A DNA stretch of 13,805 nt from Octopus sinensis (lineage: Eukaryota). A program made the translations under genes and the position numbers. Location of the stretch: positions 1 through 13,805 of the forward strand of contig NW_021825954.1 in NCBI RefSeq assembly GCF_006345805.1, given 5' to 3'. The notes beneath the pieces are model-generated. The model worked only from the letters and a program-made list of their open reading frames with translations, had not been told where the DNA came from and did not search any database. Of this stretch, positions 1 to 9,299 are shown piece after piece. Position 1 is the first letter of the stretch, and the number at the start of each line of letters is the position of its first letter.

Positions 1-362
1 TCTTATTGTTAGTTTCTGCGTAAGTTTACTTGGATTAATTGGTATAATATTCTTATTGTTCTGTCTTACGTTTTGTTTTTGTTGTGTTTTTACCACTTTT
101 GTTTATCGTTTTTGTAATTTAAGTTTTAATATCTTTCTCTTTTCAGTCGTTTCTATAATAATAAACGCGAAACACTGTCTGTCTGTGTGTCCGAAACCCC
201 TGCTTCCCAGTCCACATTTGCTCTACATAGGCATACCATACCCTTTTAGCATTAGAATGATGCCGGGACTGAAAAGAATGCCCATCATTTGTTTCTCGAA
301 TACCTAGTGATGAATAAGTGCCAATTAGAAAGAAAAAAAAACAAAGAACAAACAAAAACTAT

Positions 363-510
363 CAGGAGTGGCTGTATGGTAAGTAGCTTGTTTACCAACC
401 ACATGGTTCCGGGTCCCACTCATGGCACCTTGGCAAGTGTCCTTCTGCTATAACCCCGGGCCGACCAAAGCCTTGAGGGGATTGGTAGACGGAACTGAAA
501 GAAGCCCGTC

Positions 511-557
<47 letters not shown>

Positions 558-783
558 GCGTGTATGTGTTTGTGAGTCTGTGTTTGTCCCCCTAACATTG
601 CTTGACAACCGATGCTGGTGTGTTTATGTCCCCGTTACTTAGCGGTTCGGCAAAAGAGACTGATAGAATAAGTACTGGGCTTACAAAAGAATAAGTCCCG
701 GGGTCGAGTTGCTCGATTAAAGACGGTGCTCCAGCATGGCCGCAGTCAAATGACTGAAACAAGTAAAAGAGTAAGAGAGTAAG
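363..783 (+). mobile_element. tRNA-derived SINE, family A copy 1 (CORE-like, internal (TA)n)
   Basis: Colinear with copies at 1133-1597, 3203-3640 and 7865-8228. It has an A-box-like TGGCTGTATGG, a CORE-like CACCTTGGCAAGTG, an internal (TA)n at about 512-557 and an (AGTAAAAG)-type tail. The B box has lost 5 bp relative to the other copies. Confidence 0.93.
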
Positions 784-786
784 CGT

Positions 787-1085
787 TTCCGACATTTTCT
801 GTTTTTTTGTTTTCAGTCCTAGATTCCAAAGGTGTCAAAGCCGCCGGAGTCATGTATGTTCTACTCAGAGAATGTGCTATAACTGAGAGAACAGCACAGG
901 AAATGGTTTTCACGACTTTCGGAAAGGAAATGCGATGCGTTTCTTTCAACATCGAAGTGGAACTCTATACGTGACTCGATGAATTCTTCAAATCAAGACT
1001 CGTTGGTTTCTGACATCAAGGCATCGACGAGCGAGTAGAACGTCAGCAAGAAGTCGTGAGCAATGAAGGAGAATATAATAGTCGA
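787..1085 (+). pseudogene. Internally deleted, decayed Tc1/mariner (mariner-type) transposase remnant
   Basis: Manual translation across frameshifts gives FRHFLFF..KGVKAA..ECAITERTAQ/KWFSR/FRKGN (mariner N-terminal HTH). This is joined to VSFNIEVELYT*LDEFFKSRLVGF*HQGIDERVERQQEVVSNEGEY (mariner C-terminal ..GI..L.ERW..VV...GEY motif). The DD34D domain is absent. Confidence 0.85.
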
Positions 1086-1132
1086 GGAAAAATTAGGTTT
1101 TGAGGTCAGGCTTGCTCAACCATTTTCTTTAT

Positions 1133-1597
1133 CTCTCTCTTTTACTCTTTTACTCCTTTACTTGTTTCAGTCATTTGACTACGGCCATGCTGGAGCACCG
1201 CCTTTAATCGAGCAACTCGACCCCGGGACTTTTTCTTTTGTAAGCCCAGTACTTATTCTATCGGTCTCTTTTGCCGAACCGCTAAGTGACGGGGACATAA
1301 CACACCAGCATCGGTTGTTTAAGCAAAGCTAGGGGGACAAGCACAGACACACAAACACACACCCCGCATATATATTATATATATATATATATAATATATA
1401 TATATATATATCTATATATATATATATATATATACATATATACGACAGGCTTCTGTTTTTTTTCAGTTTCCGTCTACCAAGTCCACTCACAAGGCTTTGT
1501 TCGGTCCGAGGCTATAGTAGAAGACACTTGCCCAAGGTGCCACGCAGTGGGACTGAACCCGAAACCATGTGGTTGGTAAACAAGCTACTCACCACAC
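1133..1597 (-). mobile_element. tRNA-derived SINE, family A copy 2 (slightly 5'-truncated)
   Basis: Reverse complement of family A: tail CTCTTTTACTCTTTTACT at about 1137, internal (TA)n at about 1368-1443, B box GGGACTGAACC at about 1549-1559. Confidence 0.93.
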
Positions 1598-1819
1598 GTG
1601 GACGCCTTTGATTACTATTTTAGTCTGGTGAACATAGGATGTTCACCACAGGATAGACATTGGATGTTTAAAAACTAGTTTTATAGATATTTCTTTCACA
1701 ATTCCTATTTTGTATTTAACACATTAACTTGCGTAGGGTGAACGATGTAAAACGTTACAGAAATAAACCAGGCTGTTTCTTGCAATGCAAACCAATATAT
1801 TCTACAGGAAAATTTTATC

Positions 1820-1915
1820 AGGGGGCACCTTAAAATTTACTATACTGTTGCATGGAATCACCAAAATCTTATAAGAGATCACAGGGGCCATATGAATCCC
1901 GGTTGAGAACCACTG
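1820..1915. mobile_element. hAT (Charlie-like) non-autonomous element end
   Basis: GGTTGAGAACCACTG at 1901-1915 is the reverse complement of CAGTGGTTCTCAACC, a typical hAT/Charlie terminus. It is followed by GTTTAGAT, resembling the NTCTAGAN target preference. No partner TIR was found, so the left boundary is a guess. Confidence 0.5.
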
Positions 1916-2296
1916 GTTTAGATATATGTAAAAAGAAAAAAAGCCCAACGAATCTATCTGACAATATATTGTAGTGTTTGACAAATTTGCAAGCGTGATG
2001 TAGCTGCATTCTTCAGACAGGTCATCTGGTGAGCAATCATCGCCGTTTCTTTAGTCTAACGCCTGCGAACGTGTGAATAAACCGTTGCGGTTGCAAATTT
2101 CGCTTGTGCATCACGTGTGAAAATCGATAAATTGAATACCAAACACTTCGGTTTCTTTCATGAATGCCAGACATATACAACACAATGCATACCCATGTTA
2201 TACGCATGAATACGATTTAAATTTACATCTTGGACCTGGACACATTGAAATTAATTACATACATTCAAAATAACTCGTATATGCGCATTGTTTTAG

Positions 2297-2298
<2 letters not shown>

Positions 2299-2370
<72 letters not shown>

Positions 2371-2409
2371 ACATATATACTATACATATATACATTTATG
2401 TATATATAG

Positions 2410-2440
<31 letters not shown>

Positions 2441-2466
2441 CATATATATATACACTTACATATATA
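2299..2466. repeat. Imperfect (TA)n microsatellite
   Basis: Direct reading. Confidence 0.95.
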
Positions 2467-2467
2467 A

Positions 2468-3189
2468 GAGGAATAACCACCAAGGTGGATTCCTATTATG
2501 CTAGAAGAAGACGCTATATCGTCTTACCACGAAGAATGTGTTCTCAAGAAATTTCAGTTAACACTTGGTGCTTATTCCTCATTTATATGTATGTAATAAA
2601 ACTTCTTAATCTTCTGATTTTTAAAGTATTCTTGGCCACTGTTTTAAATTGATATTCTTTAATTAATATTAATTTCTACCCTCATTATTTAATTTTTAAA
2701 TAACCATGTTCTCTAACCGGTAAATCTGCTGCGGAAATTCATTAACTGCAGAGTTCTATCCGGCTTCAGCGCACCAAAATTAAGACATTTGAAATATACC
2801 CTCAAATACAATTGGCAAAACTTTATACATGTTCTCTCTCGGGAAAACATCTTATTTCTAGTTCTGTGAATTACGTTTTCCATGCGACGACTGCACTGAA
2901 GAGCTGCGGACATTTATATTCGTAAATGTTAACAGCGAAATGTATGTTGGTTATTGTCAAATTTGCTCGTTTTACATTCTGGCTTTTGCTGAAATTTCTT
3001 GAGAACACACTCTTCGTGGTAAAACGATTCACCGGCTTCTTCTAGTATATTAGGAATCCACCTTGGTGGTTATTCCTCATATATATGTATGTAATATAAC
3101 TTCTTAATCTTCGGATTTTTTAAGTATGCTAGGCTACTGTTTGAAATTGATATTAATTAATTAATATTAATTTCTACCCTCATTATTTA
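2468..3189 (+). mobile_element. Non-coding element with 90-bp inverted repeats, 128-bp direct repeats and a decayed hammerhead (Penelope-like pLTR / retrozyme-like)
   Basis: Inverted repeat 2468-2557 vs 2989-3078 (8 mismatches in 90 by hand). Direct repeat 2564-2691 vs 3062-3189 (period 498). HHR-like core at 2896-2948. Flanked by TA runs. Confidence 0.7.
2884..2957 (+). ncRNA. Decayed type I hammerhead ribozyme motif
   Basis: CTGAAGA (2896-2902), stem II GCTG/CAGC extended by ACATTTA/TAAATGT, then GAAA (2937-2940) and TGTATGTT. The latter is interpretable as CpG-decayed CGTACGTC (palindromic stem III plus GUC site). Stem I is weak. Confidence 0.55.
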
Positions 3190-3202
3190 GCTCATATATA
3201 TA

Positions 3203-3637
3203 GGCGCAGGAGTGGCTGTGTATAGGAGCAGGAGTGGCTGTGTGGTAAGTAGCTTGCTAACCAACCACATGGTTCCGGGTTCAGTCCCACTGCGTAGCAT
3301 CTTGGGCAAGTGTCTTCTGCTATAGCCCCGGGCCGACCAATGCCTTGTGAGTGGATTGTGTAGACGGAAACTGAAAGAAGCCCGTCGTATATATATGTAT
3401 ATATATATATATATATGTGTGTGGTATGTGTTTGTTGTGTCTGTGTTTGTCGCCCTAGCATTGCTTGACAACCGATGCTGGTGTGCTTACGTCCCCGTCA
3501 CTTAGCGGTTCGGCAAAGAGACCGATAGAATAAGTACTGGGCTTACAAAGAATAAGTCCCGGGTCGATTTGCTCGACTAAAGGCGGTGCTCCAGCATGGC
3601 CACAGTCAAAATGACTGAAACAAGTAAAAGAAAAAGA

Positions 3638-3640
<3 letters not shown>
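3203..3640 (+). mobile_element. tRNA-derived SINE, family A copy 3 (full length, duplicated 5' head)
   Basis: GGCGCAGGAGTGGCTGTGTGG-type head, B box GGTTCAGTCCC, internal (TA)n and tail AAGTAAAAGAAAAAGAG. Sits between TA runs. Confidence 0.95.
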
Positions 3641-3683
<43 letters not shown>

Positions 3684-3700
3684 CGTTGCTATATATGTTG

Positions 3701-4660
3701 AACTGTCGTATGTCCAAATTTGGCCAAATTCATTTTTTCAATATTTAATTTTCCTTGCAATAACCGGTTCTTTTGCTCAAGCATCTTTTGGTCAAGTTCT
3801 TTTGCTCAAGCATCTTTTGGCCAAGTTCTTTTGCTCAAGCATCTTTTGGTCAAGTTCTTTTGCTCAAGCATCTTTTGGTCAAGTTCTTTTGCTCAAGCAT
3901 CTTTTGGCCAAGTTCTTTTGCTCAAGCATCTTTTGGTCAAGTTCTTTTGCTCAAGCATCTTTTGGTCAAGTTCTTTTGCTCAAGCATCTTTTGGTCAAGT
4001 TCTTTTGCTCAAGCATCTTTTGGTCAAGTTCTTTTGCTCAAGCATCTTTTGGCCAACTTCTTTTGCTCAAGCATCTTTTGGTCAAGTTCTTTTGCTCAAG
4101 CATCTTTTGGTCAAGTTCTTTTGCTCAAGCATCTTTTGGTCAAGTTCTTTTGCTCAAGCATCTTTTGGCCAAGTTCTTTTGCTCAAGCATCTTTTGGTCA
4201 AGTTCTTTTGCTCAAGCATCTTTTGGTCAAGTTCTTTTGCTCAAGCATCTTTTGGTCAAGTTCTTTTGCTCAAGCATCTTTTGGTCAAGTTCTTTTGCTC
4301 AAGCATCTTTTGGCCAAGTTCTTTTGCTCAAGCATCTTTTGGTCAAGTTCTTTTGCTCAAGCATCTTTTGGTCAAGTTCTTTCGGTCAAGCATCATTGCA
4401 TCTCCAGCTTCCTCAGATGAAAATTCTGAAAGTGTTGTACAAAGTTTTTGCATTTTTGAAAAGTGTAGTAAGCCTTACATACGACAGTTTTGAAAAAAAC
4501 TTTTTTGACTGAAAATATCATACATGCATGGACTTACGATTTTATGCACCCAACAAAGTATTATTTTTGAGCTGAAACTGTTGATAACGTAAATAGAAAT
4601 GGAATGGTGAAACTATTTTTTCGTTTTCTGAAAAAGCAACGTTTTGGACTTACGACAGTT
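3701..4660. mobile_element. Putative non-autonomous DNA transposon bounded by 18-bp (sub)terminal inverted repeats
   Basis: AACTGTCGTATGTCCAAA (3701-3718) vs TTTGGACTTACGACAGTT (4643-4660) is a 17/18 inverted match. Extra motif copies lie at 4477-4489 and 4529-4539. Confidence 0.6.
3767..4394. repeat. 29-bp minisatellite, 21 full units plus a partial unit (GTTCTTTTGCTCAAGCATCTTTTGGTCAA)
   Basis: Direct reading. Units are near-identical, with a GGCC variant in units 2, 5, 10, 14 and 19. Confidence 0.97.
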
Positions 4661-4834
4661 TTGTATAATAATTCAGTCTTCCGTCGATAGAAACCATTTG
4701 ATGCGATCCTCAGGCATGATTCTGCCGACCAGCTTCATTGTGTGATGTCATATTAACACATGGTGCATCGTGTGATGTCGCACTGCCACGTGTTGCGTCT
4801 TTGTTTTGTAGTGTTTCTTCCGTTCGTATATTTT

Positions 4835-5018
4835 TGTCAGTTGTTTGACCTTAACCAGTTGAGCTTTTCCCTTGGTATTTGACAATATGTGCATTTCTGA
4901 TCACGGGCAGAAGTAGTTGGGGAGCATCATAGCCATGTGTTGAGAGGAATTCTTTGGGGTTTGGATAATTCACCTCTAGAAACATAGGTGTTTCTTTCAA
5001 AATCCTTAAACAACCCTC
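4835..5018. repeat. Probable interspersed repeat fragment (unclassified)
   Basis: Resembles from memory a recurrent octopus repeat (..GCAGAAGTAG..GGGGAGCATCATAGCC.TGTGTTGAGAGG..). It is single-copy in this window and unverified. Confidence 0.3.
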
Positions 5019-5059
5019 TAATCTCTAATAAATCACAAGAAAGGAACAGTGATAGCTTA

Positions 5060-6062
5060 CTCGATGAGTGACATAGAGATGGTCTGGAAGAAGGCAATAA
5101 AACTAATGGTGGTATGACAGATGGGCAAAAGGAAATCTACGACAGAATAAAGGCAAGGCTACAGGAAAACGATAGCGACACTTTTTGCAACCTTAAAATG
5201 GTGGATCGGTGGAAATTGAAGCAAGAAATGAAAAATGTGAATGAAATTCTGAAATACATCAGAACAAACAACATCACAGAAACAAATAATTTGATCCAGG
5301 CTGCAAGTATTGTTGTAGCAGAAAATGTGGGTGTTAATGTCAAGAAAAAGAAATATAATGGGTGTGACAAAAGAAAAAAAGAATACAGGTGGGGTTAGAT
5401 ATGCTCTCAAAGGACAGTTATGTGTTGGACCGAAAAGAGGAGGGAGAGCTTAAAACCGAACAAAAGGACAGGGTACTGAACAAGAAATATGATATTGAAA
5501 GAAAGGGCCTGAAAATAGTAGCGGAGGAAATGAAAAAGCGCCTCGTTGCATGGAAAGCAAAAATAGTAAGATGCGACCAAATAATGAAGGGTTATCACCA
5601 GAGTAGGTTATTCAGAGTAGATCAGAATAGATTCTACAAAGAAATAAGTGGAGAGTGTACAGACGAAAAGTTGATACCAGATAACATTGAAAGTCAAAGG
5701 TTTGGGAGTTACATTTGGAGCAAAACAAGGAGCACAAGAAGGATGCTGAATGGTTGCAAGAACTGAAACAAACAGTAGTCTGTCTAAAAGGGAAGTGAAG
5801 GATATCAGGAGAAAAATGGGCAACTGGAAGGCCTCGGGACCAGATGGATTTCAAGGCTACTGTTTCAAAAGATTTGGTGAATGTCATGCACGAATAGCTG
5901 CACAACTCAACATCTTGTTAAATGCCGACCAAGTAACCAGAGTGGTTGACAATCCGTAGGTCAGTGCTGTGCTTTAAATACATCGGGAAAGGCAATACGG
6001 TAGACAATTACAGGTCGATATCCTGCTTGCCACTTATGTGGAAATTATTGACTGGAGTCAAT
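5060..6062 (+). mobile_element. Decayed non-LTR retrotransposon ORF fragment (pre-RT region plus RT domains 0-1), R4/Dong-like
   Basis: Consecutive frameshifted ORFs give ITETNNLIQAASIVVAENVG, QSRLFRVDQNRFYKEI, MGNWKASGPDGFQGY.FKRF and [23 protein letters not shown] (the KAPGPDG and NYRPISCL RT motifs). Truncated before YxDD. Clade assignment is from remembered motif similarity. Confidence 0.85.
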
Positions 6063-6176
6063 GTACGGACATCTGAAAAAAAAAAAGAAAATACTCCGGA
6101 TGGTGCTCGAAAAACAAGGGTTGTTACCTTAGTTCACTGGTAGAGAACAGCTGGCACGGTGCAAAGGCAATAAATA

Positions 6177-6289
6177 ACTTATTTAATCAGCACCGAAAAG
6201 ATGAGAGGCATAGTCGACCTCAGCGGAATTTGAACTAAGAACACATAGCATTTTGGCCTGTGTACTAACGATTCCGCCTTCTTGCCGTC
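6177..6289 (-). mobile_element. tRNA-derived SINE family B, 5' fragment
   Basis: Minus strand reads GGCGGAATCGTTAG...GTTCAAATTCCGCTGAGGTCGAC (B box). Homologous to 8893-9090. Confidence 0.8.
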
Positions 6290-6296
6290 ATAAATA

Positions 6297-6332
6297 TTAA
6301 TAATAATAATAGTAATAATAATAATAATAATG

Positions 6333-6392
<60 letters not shown>

Positions 6393-6410
6393 GTAGTAGT
6401 AGTAGTAATA
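6297..6410. repeat. (TAA)n/(TAG)n microsatellite
   Basis: Direct reading. Confidence 0.95.
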
Positions 6411-6755
6411 ACTACAACGATAATAGTAATCGCAACAATAAATAGTGTAACAATAATATATACTTGGAAAATGGAAAAGATATTTCTCTCTATATGATGA
6501 AATGGAAATATCTATATCGTATGTACTACTTTTCCCAGAGAGATATAATAACATTTAAAATAACCTGATCTTCTTCAGAAATATCATTATATAGAAATAT
6601 CGAACAGGCAGGCAATACGTATACCCGTGATAAATAGCAGCTTGCGAAAGAAGAGGGTTATCCGCTTTAAAGCACGGTATCGCTGCTGTTGTTGTTATCA
6701 TTGTTATGCATTTCATCGCTAAAACTCATCATACTTGGAGATAACAGGGGAATAA

Positions 6756-6775
6756 TTATACATATATATATATAT

Positions 6776-6813
<38 letters not shown>

Positions 6814-7151
6814 TATATAAATATATGTATGTGTGTGTGTGTTATATATGTGTATGTGTTATTATGTGGGTGTACACGTGTGTGTGTGTATACATATGGA
6901 TGCGCACACATATTTGTACGACTATATACATACGTATACGTATATATATATACATATACACACATACATATACATTCATTTTTATTGTTAGGTAGGTATG
7001 TAGGTACGTAGACAGATAAATACATGCATATGTACATACATACACACAATTATATACACGTATGTGTGTGAGTCTGCTATATATGTATGTATGTATGTAT
7101 GTATGTGTGCAGATTTGTATGTATGTATGTATGTATGTATGTATGTATGTA
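6756..7151. repeat. Compound (TA)n/(TG)n/(TATG)n low-complexity tract
   Basis: Direct reading. Confidence 0.9.
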
Positions 7152-7557
7152 TTGTAAGGGAGAACACGATTTGGGTGTACTAGCAGGCTTCAGAAAGGTT
7201 TTTGACCAAAGAAAGAAAAATGTGTTTATAGTATTATATTTTATAGAATTCTGTATTATAGGGTACTGAGAGAAGAGTAACGAGATAGAAGAATAAAAGA
7301 TTCTGCTGTTTCGGAAACAATGTGATTGATGGAAATTGTAGAAAGTTGGTTGATCTCCTGAAGATAATGGACAAATTTTCCTCAAATTTACTCCCTTCTA
7401 ACGTTTGAATAACGAAACGATACGTGAGATTAAGATAGTCTACATAGCCTTAGAGAGAGAGAAAAAAAAGAAAAAAACAATCAAGCAACAGAATGTGCCA
7501 AGATAACGGGGGGTTTTGCATGTGGTTGTTCCAGGTGCATGAAAAAAATAGCAGCCA

Positions 7558-7665
7558 AGTCGCACTGTACTGCATCTGAAGCAAGTGTCCTTCACTATAA
7601 CTCCTGTTTGATTGATGCCTAATGAGTCAATTTAATCGGTGTAAACTTTGGCAAAGTCTGTCGTA
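7558..7665 (+). mobile_element. Old, diverged family A SINE fragment (CORE region)
   Basis: GTCGCACTG..GCATCTGAAGCAAGTGTCCTTCACTATAAC...GTCTGTCGTA aligns by eye to the family A core. Confidence 0.65.
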
Positions 7666-7714
7666 CTACAAGACTTACTACAAGGTGCATACCCGAATAT
7701 AAATTTTTTAATAA

Positions 7715-7746
<32 letters not shown>

Positions 7747-7753
7747 TGAGAGA

Positions 7754-7773
7754 GAGCGTAGGCTCGAAACGTC
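7754..7773 (+). ncRNA. 3' half of a minimal hammerhead ribozyme motif (5' core lost in (GA)n)
   Basis: GAGC-GTAG-GCTC hairpin directly followed by GAAAC-GTC, a palindromic ACGT stem III of the dimeric minimal HHR type. CTGANGA is absent. Confidence 0.35.
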
Positions 7774-7864
7774 AAAGCCTTGCATTTTTCCGAGCGTCAA
7801 ATTAATACACCTTTCTTGTCCCCTCATCTGTTCTGCATATGTCAAACATACATATATATATATA

Positions 7865-8228
7865 GGCGCTGGAGTGGCTGTGTGGTAAGTAGCTTGCTTA
7901 CCAACTGCACGGTTCCGGGTTCAGTCGCACTGCGTGGCACCTTGGGCAAGTGTCTTCTACTATAGCCTGGAGCCGACTAAAGCCTTGTGAGTGGATTTGG
8001 TAGACTGAAACTGAAAGAAGTTCGTCGTATATATGTATATATATATATATGTATGTATGTGTATATATGTATATGTTTGTATGTCTATGTTTCTCCCCCC
8101 CAACATCGCTCGACAAACGACGCTGGTGTGTTTACGTCCCCGTAACATAGCGGTTCGGCAAAAGAGACCGATAGAATAAGTACTAGGCTTACAAAGAATA
8201 AGTCCTGGGGTCGCTTTGTCCGATTAAA
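7865..8228 (+). mobile_element. tRNA-derived SINE, family A copy 4 (3' end lost or diverged)
   Basis: Colinear with copy 3 up to ..GGGGTCGCTTTGTCCGATTAAA. Preceded by (TA)n. Confidence 0.92.
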
Positions 8229-8321
8229 AACTTTAAAATTGCAAGCGGATGACTGGAAGATAAATGAAAAGTCGCTGAGAGTGCTAAGCTAAAAGATTTA
8301 GACGTTCGCAATACACGACAA

Positions 8322-8390
<69 letters not shown>

Positions 8391-8540
8391 CATCATCATC
8401 ATCATCATCACATTATGATCATGAACATGATCATGATAAGAAGACGAAAAAGAAGAAGAAGAAGAAGAAGAAGAAGAAGAAGAAGAAGAAGAAGAAGAAG
8501 AAGAAGAAGAAGAAGAAGAAGAAGAAGAAGAAGAAGAAGA
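8322..8540. repeat. Compound (AAT)n-(CAT)n-(GAA)29 microsatellite
   Basis: Direct reading; GAA run at 8452-8538. Confidence 0.95.
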
Positions 8541-8640
8541 CGGGATTATTGGTTTGCCTACAGTAGAAAGTACCATTTTTTGGTAAAGAACTAACGACGG
8601 ATTTTCCAATGAGTCTTTTTCCCAGTGGAAATTTCAGAGA

Positions 8641-8808
8641 AGGCCATCCAGCAGAATGGTTAACATGCCGGACAAAATGTTTAGCGGTCTTTCTTCCGGC
8701 TTTTTACATGCTATTGGCGTTGACTTTGCTTTTCAATCCTTTGAGTTCGATATAATCGATTTCCTCTCCTCAAACTTGTTGGCCTTCTGTCAAAATCGCA
8801 GAGAATAA
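8641..8808 (+). mobile_element. Degenerate SINE family B copy
   Basis: GCAGAATGGTTAACATGCCGGACAAAATGTTTAGCGG...GTTGACTTTGCTTTTCAATCCTTT matches the reverse complement of 8893-9090. The B box is deleted. Confidence 0.7.
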
Positions 8809-8812
8809 GAAG

Positions 8813-8864
8813 AGGGTTAGGATTATGGTTAGGATTAGGATTAGTGTTAAAGTTATGATCAGGG
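8813..8864 (+). repeat. Degenerate TTAGGG-like hexamer array
   Basis: GGG TTAGGA TTATGG TTAGGA TTAGGA TTAGTG TTAAAG TTATGA TCAGGG. Confidence 0.6.
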
Positions 8865-8892
8865 ACTTGATATTCATTGTCCTCCTAAAATC

Positions 8893-9090
8893 CTTTCTTC
8901 TATGGGCCCAAGATCTGAAATTATTGGGGAGAGGGATAGTTGACCACATCGACCCCTGAGTTTCGCTGGTGCTTAATTTATCGATACCGAAGGGATGAAA
9001 GGCAAAGTCAACCTCAGCGGAATTTGAACCCCGAACGTAGCGACAGACGGAATACCGATAGGCATTTATCCGGCATGCCCGCTCGCCGCC
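8893..9090 (-). mobile_element. tRNA-derived SINE family B
   Basis: Minus strand reads GGCGGCGAGC...GGTTCAAATTCCGCTGAGGTTGACTTTGCCTTTCATCCC...GATAAATTAAGCACCAG...GGGGTCGAT. Confidence 0.85.
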
Positions 9091-9299
9091 TTAAACTGTC
9101 CTACTGAAATCAAGCAGTGAACAAATAGATAAAATAAGACATATGTAGTGCCGTGGATGTTCCAATGAAGAAAATCACAGTTAACTTTTGAATATGGACA
9201 ACAGGCAAAGGAGAGTTTGCTAATAGCAGATAACGTAAGACTAACGGACTAAATTCTGCGACGAAGATGCTGATATTTTTCAATACGGATCGAACACAA

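Noticed and set aside
51-100. Weak inverted similarity to 13197-13270 (TTGTTCTGT..TTAC, TTACCACTTT)
   Set aside because: Low-complexity T-rich sequence; cannot be distinguished from chance by eye.
1950-2025. Minus-strand CTGAAGA...AAAC...GTC hammerhead-like spacing, and an AAATTTGCAA inverted pair (about 1983/2091)
   Set aside because: No GAAA or consistent stems I and II; short AT-rich matches are expected by chance.
3203-3295. tRNA gene
   Set aside because: The A/B boxes belong to a SINE head that continues into a repeated body; no convincing cloverleaf.
3767-4394. CRISPR-like array (29-bp repeats)
   Set aside because: Units are head-to-tail with no unique spacers, there are no cas genes, and the context is eukaryotic.
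3720-4512. Three overlapping 215-257 aa ORFs
   Set aside because: Artefact of a 29-bp repeat with no plus-strand stop codon; all three frames give the same cyclic peptide.
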